64,000 nt of DNA, from the NCBI GenBank assembly GCA_964016885.1, contig OZ024746.1, positions 4,526,001-4,590,000 on the forward strand. The letters run 5' to 3'. This DNA comes from Eledone cirrhosa. Its lineage: Eukaryota. Below, piece by piece: positions 1 through 13,350 of the stretch. The notes beneath the pieces are model-generated. The model made no database searches, had not been told where the DNA came from, and was given only the letters and a program-made list of their open reading frames with translations. The translations under genes and the position numbers were made by a program. Position 1 is the stretch's first letter; each line of letters opens with the position of its first letter.

Positions 1-200
1 AGTGTGTTTGAGTGTGTGTGTCTGTGTGTGTCTCTCTCTTTGACTCTGTGTGTATGTGAGTGCCTGTGTATAATTTCTGAGTTATCAATATCGAAATCTT
101 AAAGAATAACTACATCCTCTGGCAGTAGAAAGTAAGATAACGCTGGTTTTTATTCATGCAGACATCCATGCTAAATTGTAAATGGATTTACACCGCTAAT

Positions 201-469
<269 letters not shown>

Positions 470-502
470 AAATGTGTGTTACTTTATATACAAATAAATA
501 TA

Positions 503-580
503 CTGGGTGTTCCATAAAATGTATACATACTTCAACAGCATTCTAATAAAAGTGTGTATATATTTTTGTGGGACACCCTG
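503..580. mobile_element. ~78-bp Tc1/mariner-type MITE
   Basis: TA|CTGGGTGTTCCA...TGGGACACCCTG|TA, an imperfect hairpin. CAGGGTGTCC-type TIR with TA flanks; related copy at 1349-1422. Confidence 0.7.
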
Positions 581-1008
581 TATATACGGGAATACATATA
601 CCAGATATCATTGTTCATATGTAAAAAAAAATACAATAATATATTAACCGTATCACAAAATAAACATAATATTACAAAAAAAGAAAACCCAGTAATTTAA
701 TTTCTGTGACTGCAAATATTTTATCTTCATATTGCAATAGAAATTACGTAAACAACTTTGTGTATATATGTGCATGATATATGTATATGTATGTCTGTTT
801 GAGTGTATATATGTACATGATGTATGTGTATGTATGTTTGAGGGTACATGTATGTTTCGCTTTATGAGTAAGATGCATTTAAATTTATGTGTACGTGTTG
901 GTATGTGTATATGTTTGTGTGTTATGTTAAAAATAATGTATTTATATAAACAATATATATGAATATGTATAATTTATACATTTACACGTGTGTAACACAC
1001 ATGCATAG

Positions 1009-1058
<50 letters not shown>

Positions 1059-1065
<7 letters not shown>

Positions 1066-1256
1066 TGTAATAAACAACATAAGGCAATTATTCCATTTAC
1101 CAGTGGTTTCTTAAAAGCAAAAGATTTTGCTTTCAATCCTGAGAATGAAAAAATCCAGGATTTTTTTCATTCTGAGGATTGAAAGCAAAATCTTTTGCTT
1201 TTAAGAAACCACTGGTAAATGGAATAATTGCCTTATGTTGTTTATTACATAACTAT
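1059..1256. repeat. Near-perfect fold-back palindrome (~97-bp arms, centre 1157) abutting (TA)n
   Basis: AGTTATGTAATAAACAAC...AATCC-A-GGATT...GTTGTTTATTACATAACT; arms are reverse complements with about 2 differences. Confidence 0.95.
1166..1223 (+). ncRNA. Type I hammerhead ribozyme motif (family A)
   Basis: Stem I TTCATT/AATGGA; core CTGAGGA 1172-1178; ~11-bp stem II TTGAAAGCAAAA/TTTTGCTTTTAA; GAAA 1205-1208; stem III CC-ACT-GG; GTA cleavage triplet. The mirror copy in the left arm reads CTCAGGA (core mutated). Confidence 0.8.
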
Positions 1257-1348
1257 TAAGCTCTGTTACCTACATAGAGCACTCTTTTTTCCTGGACTTT
1301 TCCGACGGAATTACTTCATTCATACATATATATATATATATATATACA

Positions 1349-1419
1349 CAGGGTATCCCAAACAAATGTATACATACTTCAAAAGTAATCGAAGTGTGTA
1401 TACATTTTTGGGAGATACA

Positions 1420-1422
<3 letters not shown>
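1349..1422. mobile_element. Second copy of the tiny Tc1/mariner-type MITE
   Basis: CAGGGTATCCC...GGGAGATACACTG|TA; internal TGTATACATACTTC/GAAGTGTGTATACA shared with 503-580. Confidence 0.65.
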
Positions 1423-1498
<76 letters not shown>

Positions 1499-1692
1499 GA
1501 TAAATCTACCAAAATATACGATAGTGTCCAATCCGTATGAAGAACTCAATGTAATCCAAATATAGAAGATATCTTGAAAAGAGAAGATGCATTCAAAAAT
1601 GTTCGATGAAAATCATAGGAAAACAGAGTTAAGATAAATTAATAAAGACAATGAAATAAAAACAAAGAACAAGTTCTTTATATCAAAAAATT

Positions 1693-1810
1693 CATCATTT
1701 TACGATCGTTTCTAGGATGTATATGTGTGTTGGTATGTATATCATATAGATCTATGTAAACATATTACAAATTATCAGAGGAAATATACATGCTGTCATC
1801 AGAAATGATG
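1693..1810 (-). ncRNA. Type I hammerhead ribozyme with extended (~83 nt) stem II (family B)
   Basis: Minus strand: CATCATTT-CTGATGA-CAGCATGTATAT...ATATACATCCTA-GAAA-CGATCG-TA-AAATGATG. Perfect 8-bp stem I; palindromic ACGATCGT stem III. Confidence 0.8.
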
Positions 1811-2506
1811 AGATTTATTTATTGAAAAAAAAAACAACAAAGATTTAATATAAAAGGTCTGTTTGGGAACAGGTTTTGAATTGACCAATAGAGAAGTAGT
1901 TAGAGGTCAAGTTGATAGAATAGTGGTAGTAGAAATTTAATTTAGGGGTAGTGGAGTGCAGACTTATGTTTTGAATGAAAAAGATTGCTTTGAATGAAAA
2001 GAATACTATGGTGATGAAAACAGGTCGAGCCGGTGAAGGGTACACGAAAATTTGATGTTATTAAAGAATAATGTTAAAAACGAAGGAAAATAAAATTTTA
2101 GGGTAAAGGTATTAGTGAGAAATACTAATCTTATTTAAACCACAAGGAATCTAAATCTATAACAAGAAATTAAATTAATTGATAGGTATACTTATAAGGA
2201 TAAATTTATATTAATTCATATGAATGTTATAAATAAGAATTAGATGTTATTAAAGAGTGTTGTTAAAAAACGAAGGAAAGTAAAATTTTGGGATAAGGGC
2301 AGTAGTGAGAAATACCAAGGAATCTAGATTCATAACGGGAAATTAAATTAATTTATAGGTATACTTTTAGGTATTAATTTTAGGAAAAGAGCTGTAAGAG
2401 GGAAATAAAATTATGAAGTTCTCTGTAGTAAATTACTAATTATAGGTTAACTAATTTTAAAAAAAATAATTATAAAAATATGTAAAATATAAGTGTAAGG
2501 TGTATA

Positions 2507-2638
2507 TTAATTAGGTTTATAATATTTGAAGGTTCTTCTAATTCTATGATTGCAAGATATAATTAATTCCTGTCGCTTATTTAATAGGATATCCTTAGAT
2601 TTCATGATTTCAAAAAGTTCCTGGGAGCATAACCTACA
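2507..2638 (-). pseudogene. C-terminal remnant of a Penelope-like RT/GIY-YIG ORF
   Basis: Manual translation [43 protein letters not shown] fits the CxLCxxE...LLNKRxEL..xCxH terminus of PLE GIY-YIG domains. Below the ORF-track length cutoff. Confidence 0.8.
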
Positions 2639-2640
2639 CT

Positions 2641-2867
<227 letters not shown>

Positions 2868-3099
2868 TTAGTTACTACTGCAACACCACACAAGGTACGC
2901 ACGTTTCGTTGGCCCTGAGAACCAAATTGTTCAACCTGTGCCGATAAAAGTGAACAGGAAAAGTCTTGGACCTCAGAACTAACGAAACGTACGTAACTGG
3001 TATGACGCCATTGGAGTGACTGGCCTTAATAATTGTTGTAAAACTCGACCTACGGACTTCATTTGCTCTATACCTTGGATTTTATACCTTATTATATAC

Positions 3100-3450
<351 letters not shown>

Positions 3451-3620
3451 ATATGTGTGTATATCTGTATATATGTGAGAGAGTGGGAGAGTGAATGTGA
3501 GTGTGTGTGTTCATGGGAGTGTATGTGTATATGTGTATATGTGTATATGTGTATATGTATGCTCCCGTGTGTATCGTCATATATTAAGCACTAATCTTAC
3601 AGGAATAACGATCTTCCTTC

Positions 3621-3982
3621 TAAGCAATGTCGGTTCAACTAGTAAGCAATGTCGGTTCAACTAGTAAGCAATGTCGGTTCAACTAGTAAGCAATGTCGAC
3701 TCAACTGGTAAGCAATGTCGGTTCAACTAGTAAGCAATGTCAGTTCAACTAGTAAGCAATGTCGGTTCAACTAGTAAGCAATGTCGACTCAACTAGTAAG
3801 CAATGTCAGTTCAACTAGTAAGCAATGTCGGTTCAACTAGTAAGCAATGTCGACTCAACTGGTAAGCAATGTCGGTTCAACTAGTAAGCAATGTCAGTTC
3901 AACTGGTAAGCAATGTCAGTTCAACTAGTAAGCAATGTCAGTTCAACTGGTAAGCAATGTCGACTCAACTGGTAAGCAATGT
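3621..3982. repeat. 22-bp minisatellite (TAAGCAATGTCGGTTCAACTAG) x ~16
   Basis: Direct tandem copies with a few recurring variants. Confidence 0.97.
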
Positions 3983-4547
3983 AACTCCTTAACAAGGAAG
4001 AGTTTCCAAAGCGTTGAACGACACTCGAAAATTCCTGATCAAATGTTTAGTTCTGCTTAGTTTTATTTAGATCTGTAGATATTTAACTCTTAGCTATGAC
4101 CAATCCAACATTTCATGGTTTGAATAATTAACTTGACCTGCCTATCATCTTTCTTGGTTGTTGATCCATGTCAGTGTACAGAGAATCAGATTCTATGTTG
4201 TGCTAAATGTTTTATCCTAATACACCTTCAACTCTAATTATTCTAAGTATTTTCAGCCAGATTTAGTGAAATAATTAGTCAATACGAATTCTCTTCGCGT
4301 TCTGCTTACCTGATAGGAAAGCAACCAAATATTTTTAAAATCACACCAAATTTATTTAGAATAGAAACGGGTTAAGCAATGTAGGACTCACTGCTCCCCA
4401 AAAAGAGGTTGAAACAGATTTGATCAATGACAGCCGACATAGGAGTGAACAACAGAAGATATGGCCGCTATAGTTTTTATTGTTGTAATTTAGACTCAGC
4501 TCCTAGTACACTGGTAATCAGTTTTTTTTTGTTTAGCTTTAGATCAA

Positions 4548-4653
<106 letters not shown>

Positions 4654-4836
4654 TGTTATACTTTGGAAGGGTCATGTTGCCAATAAAGAATCTTGCTAAA
4701 CAAATTCAGAAACAAAATATATATATATGTACTCAATACCATAATAGAGGTTAATATACATACAAACATGCATACATACGTACGAACGTACATACGTACA
4801 TACATACATACATACATACATACATACATACATACA

Positions 4837-4869
<33 letters not shown>

Positions 4870-5192
4870 TATACATAATACAATATATATAAAATACATA
4901 TAAGTATATTTATGTAGCACTTCAATTAGCTAACTCATGGTACAACAAGACTTTCATTAAGAAATCTCTTCTTTTCACATCGAACATCGATATCGATTAC
5001 AAAAGGAATATAATTTATTGTTTTGCCACTAATGTTCATTACCATTAATACTACTATATAACTATTGTGCTAGAAAACCACATTTAAACATTAATATAAT
5101 ATTGTTTTATTTCGTCTAGGAAAATTGCTATGTGATTAGCTTGGTGCTTTATTTTTGTACTTAATATCACATATCTATAAAGTAGATATACA

Positions 5193-5357
<165 letters not shown>

Positions 5358-5478
5358 TGTGCGTGTGTGTGTGCGTGCGTGTGTGTGTGCGTGTGTGTGT
5401 GTGTATGTGTGTGTGTGTGTATGTGTGTGTGTGTGTATGTGTGTGTTGACAGAAACTCACATGCATAAACACACATAG

Positions 5479-5885
<407 letters not shown>

Positions 5886-5908
5886 TATATATAAGTTTTA
5901 ATATAGAA

Positions 5909-5961
5909 GAGATTCTACAGGACTAGAACTGTTTCATTCTTTAGAAATCATCAGGAATCTC
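5909..5961 (-). ncRNA. Type I hammerhead ribozyme (family E)
   Basis: Minus: GAGATTC-CTGATGA-TTTCTAAAGAAT-GAAA-CAG-TTCTAGTC-CTG-TA-GAATCTC; stem I pairing extends ~23 bp. Partial copies at 2771-2827 and 60962-61060. Confidence 0.85.
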
Positions 5962-6074
5962 ATCTATATTAAAACTTTTATACTCTGCTATGTATTGAGT
6001 ACCTTACTTACTGTGGTTACCTCCGATTCAACCCAGAATAACTTACCTATATATATATATATATATATATATAT

Positions 6075-6285
6075 AATGAAGTAAGTGTGGTAAGGAACCA
6101 GGTGGGCCATAACGCACCAGAGTACTCGATACTTTGGGTAGTAGAGTGGGTAATAGGAAAAAGTTCAGGACCCCGACGGCAGAGCTCAAGCCGTTTCGAC
6201 GTCTATTTCTGGAGTCCAGAATAGTTTTGGAAACCGAAGAGGGTACGTCACCTTCATTCTGGCGAATTCCTAGTTGATCTTGACT
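6075..6285 (-). mobile_element. Dispersed (TA)n-associated repeat (family K) carrying the 3' half of an HHR-like fold
   Basis: Minus: GAAA-CGGC-TTGAGCTCT-GCCG-TC-GGGGTCC; copies at ~16240-16315, 35730-35930, 36462-36605 and 49180-49240. Confidence 0.65.
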
Positions 6286-6752
6286 ATGTGTGTGTGTGTG
6301 TGTGTGTGTGTACAAGTATCTATGTATGTATATATGCATGAATCTGCTCATTTATGTATATGTGCAAGCATGGATGTCATTACGCATATGAATACGTATA
6401 TGTGCTTACATGTATGTATGTATGTAAGTAGATATTTATATATGTATGTGTGTGTGCATGTATGCTGGTCTTTATATCAATAGTATGAACGCGCGAATCT
6501 GTCAACCTTAATACCAAGCAATGCAAACAAAATAAACTTCAAGACCTACAAAATATATATTTGATTGTTACATCATTGGGTAAACTATATTTTGAAGGAG
6601 AGAAGGGAATCGAGAAATACTTGGGCTTCCATAAACCCCTTCTAATGTGGATAATATAATAAAATGTAGCAAGAACTGAAATAGTAACGTGAATTCTGCT
6701 TAACAGGAGCTTGACACAAAATGTACAATAATGAAATTGTTATACATACCTG

Positions 6753-7104
6753 GTGTCAGGTAAGGGTAAGTACATCCTTCGGTCACAAATGACCATGGAT
6801 TTTGCACCTAGAAAGTTCCCCTCCGATGCACAACTCCAGGCAAGTTTGTTTGTGGAAGACCAGCAGTCGCCCATACATACCAGTCTCCCCTCTCCATGCC
6901 ACAGATGTTTTCCAAGGGAAAGGCAATGGCCGATACAGCTTGGCACTAATGACGTCACAACTCATTTCTACAGCTGAATAAACAAGAGCTACGTGAAATG
7001 AATTGTCTCGCTCTAGGATACAATACACCGACCGTTCGGGGAATTGAACTCACAAGCTCACGATTGCTAGCCTAACGCTCTAACCACTAAGCCATGCACC
7101 TTCA
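6753..7104 (-). mobile_element. tRNA-derived SINE, family 2 (near full length)
   Basis: Minus head TGAAGGTGCATGGCTTAGTGGTTAGAGCG...GAGTTCAATTCC (Pol III A/B boxes), then a CORE-like segment. Other copies at 8467-8609(-), 11683-11802(-), 17504-17695(+), 50131-50270(+). Confidence 0.85.
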
Positions 7105-7837
7105 TATGTTCTGGATATCACATACACACCACACAACAATCATATAAGACTTCAAAGTTGATCTGTGGAAGGAGTTGTTTTTACTTGGTCAAGATGTTTG
7201 AATGAAGATAAAAGAAATTAATGCAACTGCAATCTTCTCACGTTGACCACGGCCCTTAAACTGTGGGTTATCCGAGGTCAACTGCAGTATCATTGGTTTT
7301 GACAGGATGCTAACTCAGAACGGCTACCGAGCAATTATCTTTAGTTTGAAAACTGCATATGCCATGTAGAGGGGTTAACTACCTGAATAACATTCAACAT
7401 TTCTTTCCTGCATCTCAGGACATGTGAATATTGCAATAACCATGTTGCACACACACTCACACATACATACATACATACATACATACATACATACATACAT
7501 ACATACATACATACATACATACACACATACATACTCACACATACACATACAAATACAGACATGCACACATACATACACACATACATACACACACTCACAC
7601 ACACACACACATACAAATACATACATGCACACATACATACATACTCACACATACACACATACAAATACATACATGCACCCATACATACACACATACATAC
7701 ACACATGCATACATATACACGCATACACAAACACATGTACATATATATATATGTGTGCGTGTGTGTGTATAGATATAGACTTATATAAATGTGTATGTGT
7801 TCACATCTATATATATATATATGTGTGTATATGTGTG

Positions 7838-7892
<55 letters not shown>

Positions 7893-8269
7893 CTGTGTGT
7901 GTGTGTGTGTGTGCATATATATACATATATATAAAGCGAGAGAAAGAGTGAGAGAGAGATTACGTATATTAACTTAAATATATTCATAGGTGTATACAAG
8001 TGTGTTTGTTTGTCTGTATATGTGTGTGTATATGTGTGTGTGTGTATGTGTGTGTGAGAGAGAGAGAGAGAGAATATCTGTGTGTGTAATTGAGTGTACA
8101 TGATTGAGTGCTGCTGTATTTACATGCACTCCAACAATTACTAGACAAACCAGCTATCTACACCCGGATATATTTCGTCTAACAAACGAGTATGCTTGGG
8201 TATCCGGACTGCCCAACATTGAAGCCGACCCCAGCATGCCCCCCACTAACGACAAATTGACTTATGCTA

Positions 8270-8436
8270 CAAAATTCGTGTTGCTACATGGAACGTCCGG
8301 TCGTTTCTTCACCCCCGGAACAGTCGCTCTGATCTCTCAAGAGCTATCCTACTGTGTGTGTGACAGCTCACACCTCTGCAGGTTTAGCTGGCCTCCTCCA
8401 AGGTATATCTCGTTGGAGGTGTCTTGGGTGATTTAA
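8270..8436 (+). pseudogene. AP-endonuclease N-terminal fragment of a non-LTR retrotransposon (RTE/CR1-like)
   Basis: ATTCGTGTTGCTACATGGAACGTCCGGTCG encodes IRVATWNVRS; frameshifted continuation GTVALISQEL. Confidence 0.7.
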
Positions 8437-8466
8437 TGATAGGAATCTAGGGATCCTAGTCCTATC

Positions 8467-8609
8467 TCATTTCTACAGCTGAGTAAACTGGAGCCACGTG
8501 AAATAAAGTGTCTTGCTCAAGGAAACAACACATCACCCGGTCCGAGAATTGAATTTACAACCTTTCGAGTGCAAGCCCAATGCTCTAACCACTAAGCCAT
8601 GTGCCTTCA
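8467..8609 (-). mobile_element. SINE family 2, 5' portion
   Basis: Homologous to 6960-7104. Confidence 0.85.
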
Positions 8610-8879
8610 CGTCACACTGGCTGGTCTCTCCGGGACACGCTGTCCTGGTAGCGGAGAATTCATCACGGGAGACCACTGTCTCATTGCCGTGAGTCTATGA
8701 CGCTGGAATAACCAAGCACAGTTTACACTACACTAGGGCTTGATGAACACAACCACAAGGATATGGTCCGGACGTGGACAAGCCGATCTACCACTGGCAT
8801 CGCCTCCATCTCTCTCGCCCTCCCTATCTCTCCGTATGGTGAGCAAATGGGGTCCCACGTGTTGGCCTCGCCACAGCCC

Positions 8880-9095
8880 CGGCGGACAGGATGGAGAAGG
8901 CATTTCCCCGGAGGATGGTAAGGGAGATGCGCTGAAAGAGCTATTCCAACTCACGAGGCTCACACCTGCGGCTGGCCAGCTCAGCGCCTATGGTGGTGAG
9001 TAGGGAGGTAGCCCTAGGGCCAAGGACACCAGAAGTCTCCACTGCCATGGGAACGACCGCGAACCTGTCGGAGAGCGACCGGTACTTGGAGGCTG
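8880..9095 (-). pseudogene. CRE-like non-LTR retrotransposon C-terminal restriction-like endonuclease fragment
   Basis: SKYRSLSDRFAVVPMAVETSGVLG...EPRELE*LFQRISLTILRGNAFSI, with a premature stop where the 63400 copy has W. Paralogs at 61745-61950 and 63400-63605. Confidence 0.75.
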
Positions 9096-9908
9096 TGCAC
9101 CTAACGTCCGTCCACAAGTCGCTTATCAGATGGATCCCGGTGAGCGACCGTTTTCTGTCCACCCGTTTTCTCCACCGACACGGGAAGACCTGGAAAACAT
9201 GAACAACCAAGTTAGCCCCAGTGTGATTGGAATTGAGAGGGCACAGATAGCTGGAACGCGGCCCCATCTACACTCCTACCGGAGAATTTAATCTTACCAG
9301 CACATTCTTAGTTTATATAGAAATAACACCACGTTGCACACAAATTAATGTACACCGTTTTGAGAAAGAGAACAGCACATTCAATAAAATATTCCTAGAT
9401 AACCTTTTATAAAAAAGATGTTCAAGACTGGAACGAGGATTTCTCAAAAGTATTCACGTAAAAGAGCACTTGGCGTTAAACAACATTGAAATAAAATGAA
9501 CCGATTAGAAATCTACCTTTTGGTAGTGTATACCTCTAAGTGGCAGGGAACTCATGCGAACCATTGACCCTTCAGCTGGTTTTTCCACACATTATCGACA
9601 TGGCTTTCTGCCATTCAATGCTAAGCTATAAACTAACATATGATCGGATATGATCGAATGAATGAACAAACAGAAAAGCAGGCATTTTCCTATCGATTTT
9701 TACCTCCATAGATTTAATAATTGTTTCGTATTGCTCCTGTTATCATAGTTTTTTCATATTTATATATATATATATATCGGGGCGGGGTGTTTACGTACGG
9801 GTGTATCTCTGTGTGTGTGTCGTTCTTTGTATCAACGTAACAAGAAAATATATTTACGCAAACACATACACATACATACAGACACGTACATGAATAAATA
9901 TATATATA

Positions 9909-10004
9909 TGTTTCTACATTTGGCACAAGGCCAGCAATTATTCAGTACATTACTGGTACTTTATTTTATCGACCCTATAAGGATGAAAGGCAAAGTTAAA
10001 CTCG
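9909..10004 (-). mobile_element. SINE family 1, 3' fragment
   Basis: TACTGGTACTTTATTTTATCGACCC..AAGGATGAAAGGCAAAGTTAA shared with the full copies. Confidence 0.85.
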
Positions 10005-10008
10005 AGGT

Positions 10009-10074
10009 TAACGGGATTAGCATAAGGTTTCCCTGCTATATATATATAGCAGGGAAACCTTATGCTAATCCGGT

Positions 10075-10076
<2 letters not shown>
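10009..10076. repeat. 30-bp inverted repeat around a (TA)n spacer
   Basis: TAACGGGATTAGCATAAGGTTTCCCTGCTA / TAGCAGGGAAACCTTATGCTAATCCGGTTA. Confidence 0.9.
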
Positions 10077-10107
<31 letters not shown>

Positions 10108-10213
10108 AAAGGCATATATACATACATGTATGTATTTATAATTATTTGTATATATTCAATTTATTAAGGCTAAATAGTGAAACTTGTTACTCTGGAGTTT
10201 CGCCTGTTTATCT

Positions 10214-10362
10214 CAGGGTCATATATATACACACGTATATATATGACCCTGTTTATCACAGGGTCATATATATATATACACACGTATATATATGACCCTG
10301 TTTATCACAGGGTCATATATATATATACACACGTATATATATGACCCTGTTTATCACAGGGT
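10214..10362. repeat. Tandem array (~3.3 x ~46 bp) of a hairpin unit
   Basis: Unit CAGGGTCATATA..TATATGACCCTG plus TTTATCA spacer. Confidence 0.9.
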
Positions 10363-10899
10363 TATATACACACACGTTTATAAACTTTTTGTATATCAGT
10401 GCAGCAGCGACTATATGTGGCTTGTGTAAGAACATGTTTGTTTATGTCACTGAACCTACCACACACACACATACACAGACAACCACACACACACATACAC
10501 ATTAGATATATATGAGGAGGGGGGGGGTAATAGCCAAATAGATAAAATAGATAGCTACTACATAGAGGTGTAATAGTGAGATATACTGGTTATATGAGTA
10601 AGTACGATGATAGACATTCCCGTTGGTGATAATCAACATCAAACTTTAATTTATCTATCATTAACAATGTATGGTTAGTCAGGTGAGTTTGTTGTTCTAG
10701 GAAATGTAACATACCCCCCTAAAGAGTTTCAACCAATTTTTCCTGGGCTGTCTGCCAACAGAAAGAGTGGAAAAATACCCAATATGGGGAAACATGAAAA
10801 CCATACGCTTGCGTCTATATGTGCTGAAATTGGCCTATATTTTTCTACATATAGGCACAAACGGGCATATATATACATGTGTGTGTGTGTGTAACGGCG

Positions 10900-10965
<66 letters not shown>

Positions 10966-11115
10966 GGGATAACAAATTATTGTTATAGGTAGTCCAGTTA
11001 GGGTACTCCGAGTAGTGGATAGTATCAACGCTTGGCTAAGTGTGACTCAACAAGGCGTTTCCATAGTGATGCTGCGAGCCCTTATTGTATAGCAAACCGT
11101 GACACTCTTCTTTCT

Positions 11116-11167
<52 letters not shown>

Positions 11168-11417
11168 ATACATAATTTTGTCTTCAATTTTTTTCTTCAA
11201 CTTTAATAGCAAATCTTTCTTTTCTTTTCTTTTTAAAAAATAATTCTGATAATTATTTAAATATACCTAGTGTCTAAACATAACGGTCTTTTTCAGTTTT
11301 AACGTTATCCTCATTAGCAAATTCATCCCGAGTTTCGAAGATTTATCCACTATTTACATAGAACTCATAACATTAAGTTCATATATCGATATGTCATTAT
11401 CTGAAAACCAATTATTG

Positions 11418-11478
11418 TATTTTAGCTGACGATAGCGTACCAAAATACTGGTACCCTTGAAATATATATAATAAAATA
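11418..11478 (+). ncRNA. Type I hammerhead ribozyme (family D)
   Basis: TATTTTAG-CTGACGA-TAGCGTACCA/TGGTACCCTT-GAAA-TATATA-TA-ATAAAATA; tail runs into (TA)n. The first pairs of stems I and II are mismatched. Confidence 0.7.
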
Positions 11479-11509
11479 AATATGATTTTATAAAGATATT
11501 TTTCATTTA

Positions 11510-11585
<76 letters not shown>

Positions 11586-11682
11586 TTGTCGATCGACTTT
11601 CGTCAAATCGGATCGAGGAAACAATGTTTCCGTTGGTCTTCCCAATTGCTAATACTATCTATCGGTCGCAACTCCAGGTAGA

Positions 11683-11802
11683 AGGAGCAACGTGAAATAA
11701 AGTGTCTTGCTCAAGGATATAACACATCGCCCGGTCCAGGAAACGACCCGACAACTTCACGATTGCGAATCCAGCTCTCTAACCAATCAGCCACACGCCT
11801 TC
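11683..11802 (-). mobile_element. SINE family 2, 5' portion
   Basis: GGAGCAACGTGAAATAAAGTGTCTTGCTCAAGG...CCACACGCCTTCA. Confidence 0.8.
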
Positions 11803-11805
11803 ACT

Positions 11806-12175
11806 CTCCCGCTCTTATCCCACCACTCCCACTCTTATCCCCCAACTTCCACTCTTATCCCCCACTCCCACTTCCACTCTTATCCCCCCCACTTCCACTC
11901 TTATCCCCCCCACTTCCACTCTTATCCCCCTACGCCCACTTATTAAACTTTGCTAATCTCTCTGGGGCAAAATTTTATTTTAAGTGGTAGCATTCCTGCG
12001 ACAATTAGTTTTCTTTAAACATTAAAAGACATTATACATGACAAAGGTACATTACTAGAAGTCCCTTATGTTATAAAATAAATAGGATGGGTTGGGTCTC
12101 AATGTGTAAGCTAAGCGACTAATTCTGGTTTTTAAAATAATCAAGAGAGACAACCTTGAAAAATTACTAACTTTC
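11806..12175. repeat. C-rich ~22-bp tandem repeat joined to an old dispersed repeat
   Basis: CCACTCTTATCCCCCCACTT repeats at 11806-11940; 11935-12175 resembles the reverse complement of ~40830-41200. Confidence 0.65.
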
Positions 12176-12410
12176 CAGCCACCCCACCCCCACTCCACCT
12201 TCACCACAACCACCACCACCACCCCACCCCACCACCACCCTCAACCCCGATATGCATGTAGAAGGAAAGGATACATATAGTCATCAATACATAAACAGAT
12301 AGAGATAGACTCACTCACACACAGAGAGAGAAGCACACACACACACACACATATACATACATACATACATACATACATACATACATACATACATACATAC
12401 ATACATACAT

Positions 12411-13018
12411 GGTGGCTGCCAACTCGTTTTCGAGTACGGCCACTACTTTATATCCATGTAGGAGAACCCCTACCGATGCGCTGAACGAGTGTGACTTTTT
12501 AGTCCAGCCAGCGACTTGAAAACTCTGGTACAAACACTACACTTGTGACAATTATTGACACATAGTGCTTTACCTTTGGTACCATGTGACGACAAGTGCA
12601 GAGAGATCTCCAGATACAAAGCAATGCCTGTGCCATGAAGCTTTTATAGTGAGCAAAGGCACTGCACAAAGCCAGTCCCACTCTCTTAACCAAGATGATA
12701 TTTACCAAAAAGAAGAACAAGTCAACATCATTGGATACCATCAGGGTTGCAGGTGTTATATCAGAGTTTTCCTTCTCCTAGAATTCTGCCTTGACAAAGG
12801 CTAAGGGGTCATCTCTCCCGGTGATTTTGGATGGCCATTGACTCTTAAGAGCTCCTTTGCCCTTTGACAGGTTTTGTTTTTAGTCCTGCAGGATGTCCAA
12901 AGTCACCCTCCTCACCAAGAAACCTTGGTGGGGTTGCCAGTTTAGTCGCCAACGACCCGACCATGAGACAGGTTGTACTGGGATACATGTTACCAGTAGC
13001 ACCAACTGGTGACCTGAC
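12411..13018 (-). mobile_element. Non-autonomous element derived from an RTE-type 5'UTR, embedded in (ATGT)n
   Basis: Minus strand contains CTAGGAGAAGGAAAACTCTGATATAACACCT (RTE 5'UTR-like); near-identical 3' part at 41897-42154(+); diverged relative at 19484-19862(+). Confidence 0.7.
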
Positions 13019-13099
13019 ATACATACATACATACATACATACATACATACATACATACATACATACATACATACATACATACATACATACATACATACA

Positions 13100-13150
13100 T
13101 GATGATGATGATGTCTGCGCCCTCGTTATCGAGTATGGCCATTCCACGAG
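13100..13150 (-). mobile_element. Short LINE-like 3' terminus with (CAT)n tail
   Basis: Minus: GTGGAATGGCCATACTCGATAACGAGGGCGCAGACATCATCATC; second copy at ~19900-19940(+). Confidence 0.55.
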
Positions 13151-13269
13151 AAAAAAAAAATAATTTAAAAAAAATAAAAAAATAAAAAAATAAATAAATG
13201 AAAAAAAATATATATATACATACATACATACATACATACATACATACATACATACATACATACATACAT

Positions 13270-13350
<81 letters not shown>

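Larger units (their letters stand above)
1497..2640 (-). mobile_element. 5'-truncated Penelope-like element 3' end (ORF C-terminus, 3'UTR, HHR, tail) between (TA)n tracts (family B)
   Basis: Minus-strand coding remnant at 2507-2638, HHR at 1693-1810; 1497-1810 is homologous to 57995-58331. Confidence 0.8.

Noticed and set aside
3621-3982. CRISPR-like appearance of the 20-22-bp arrays (also 46518-46940, 47511-48302)
   Set aside because: Head-to-tail units with no unique spacers, no cas genes, eukaryotic context.
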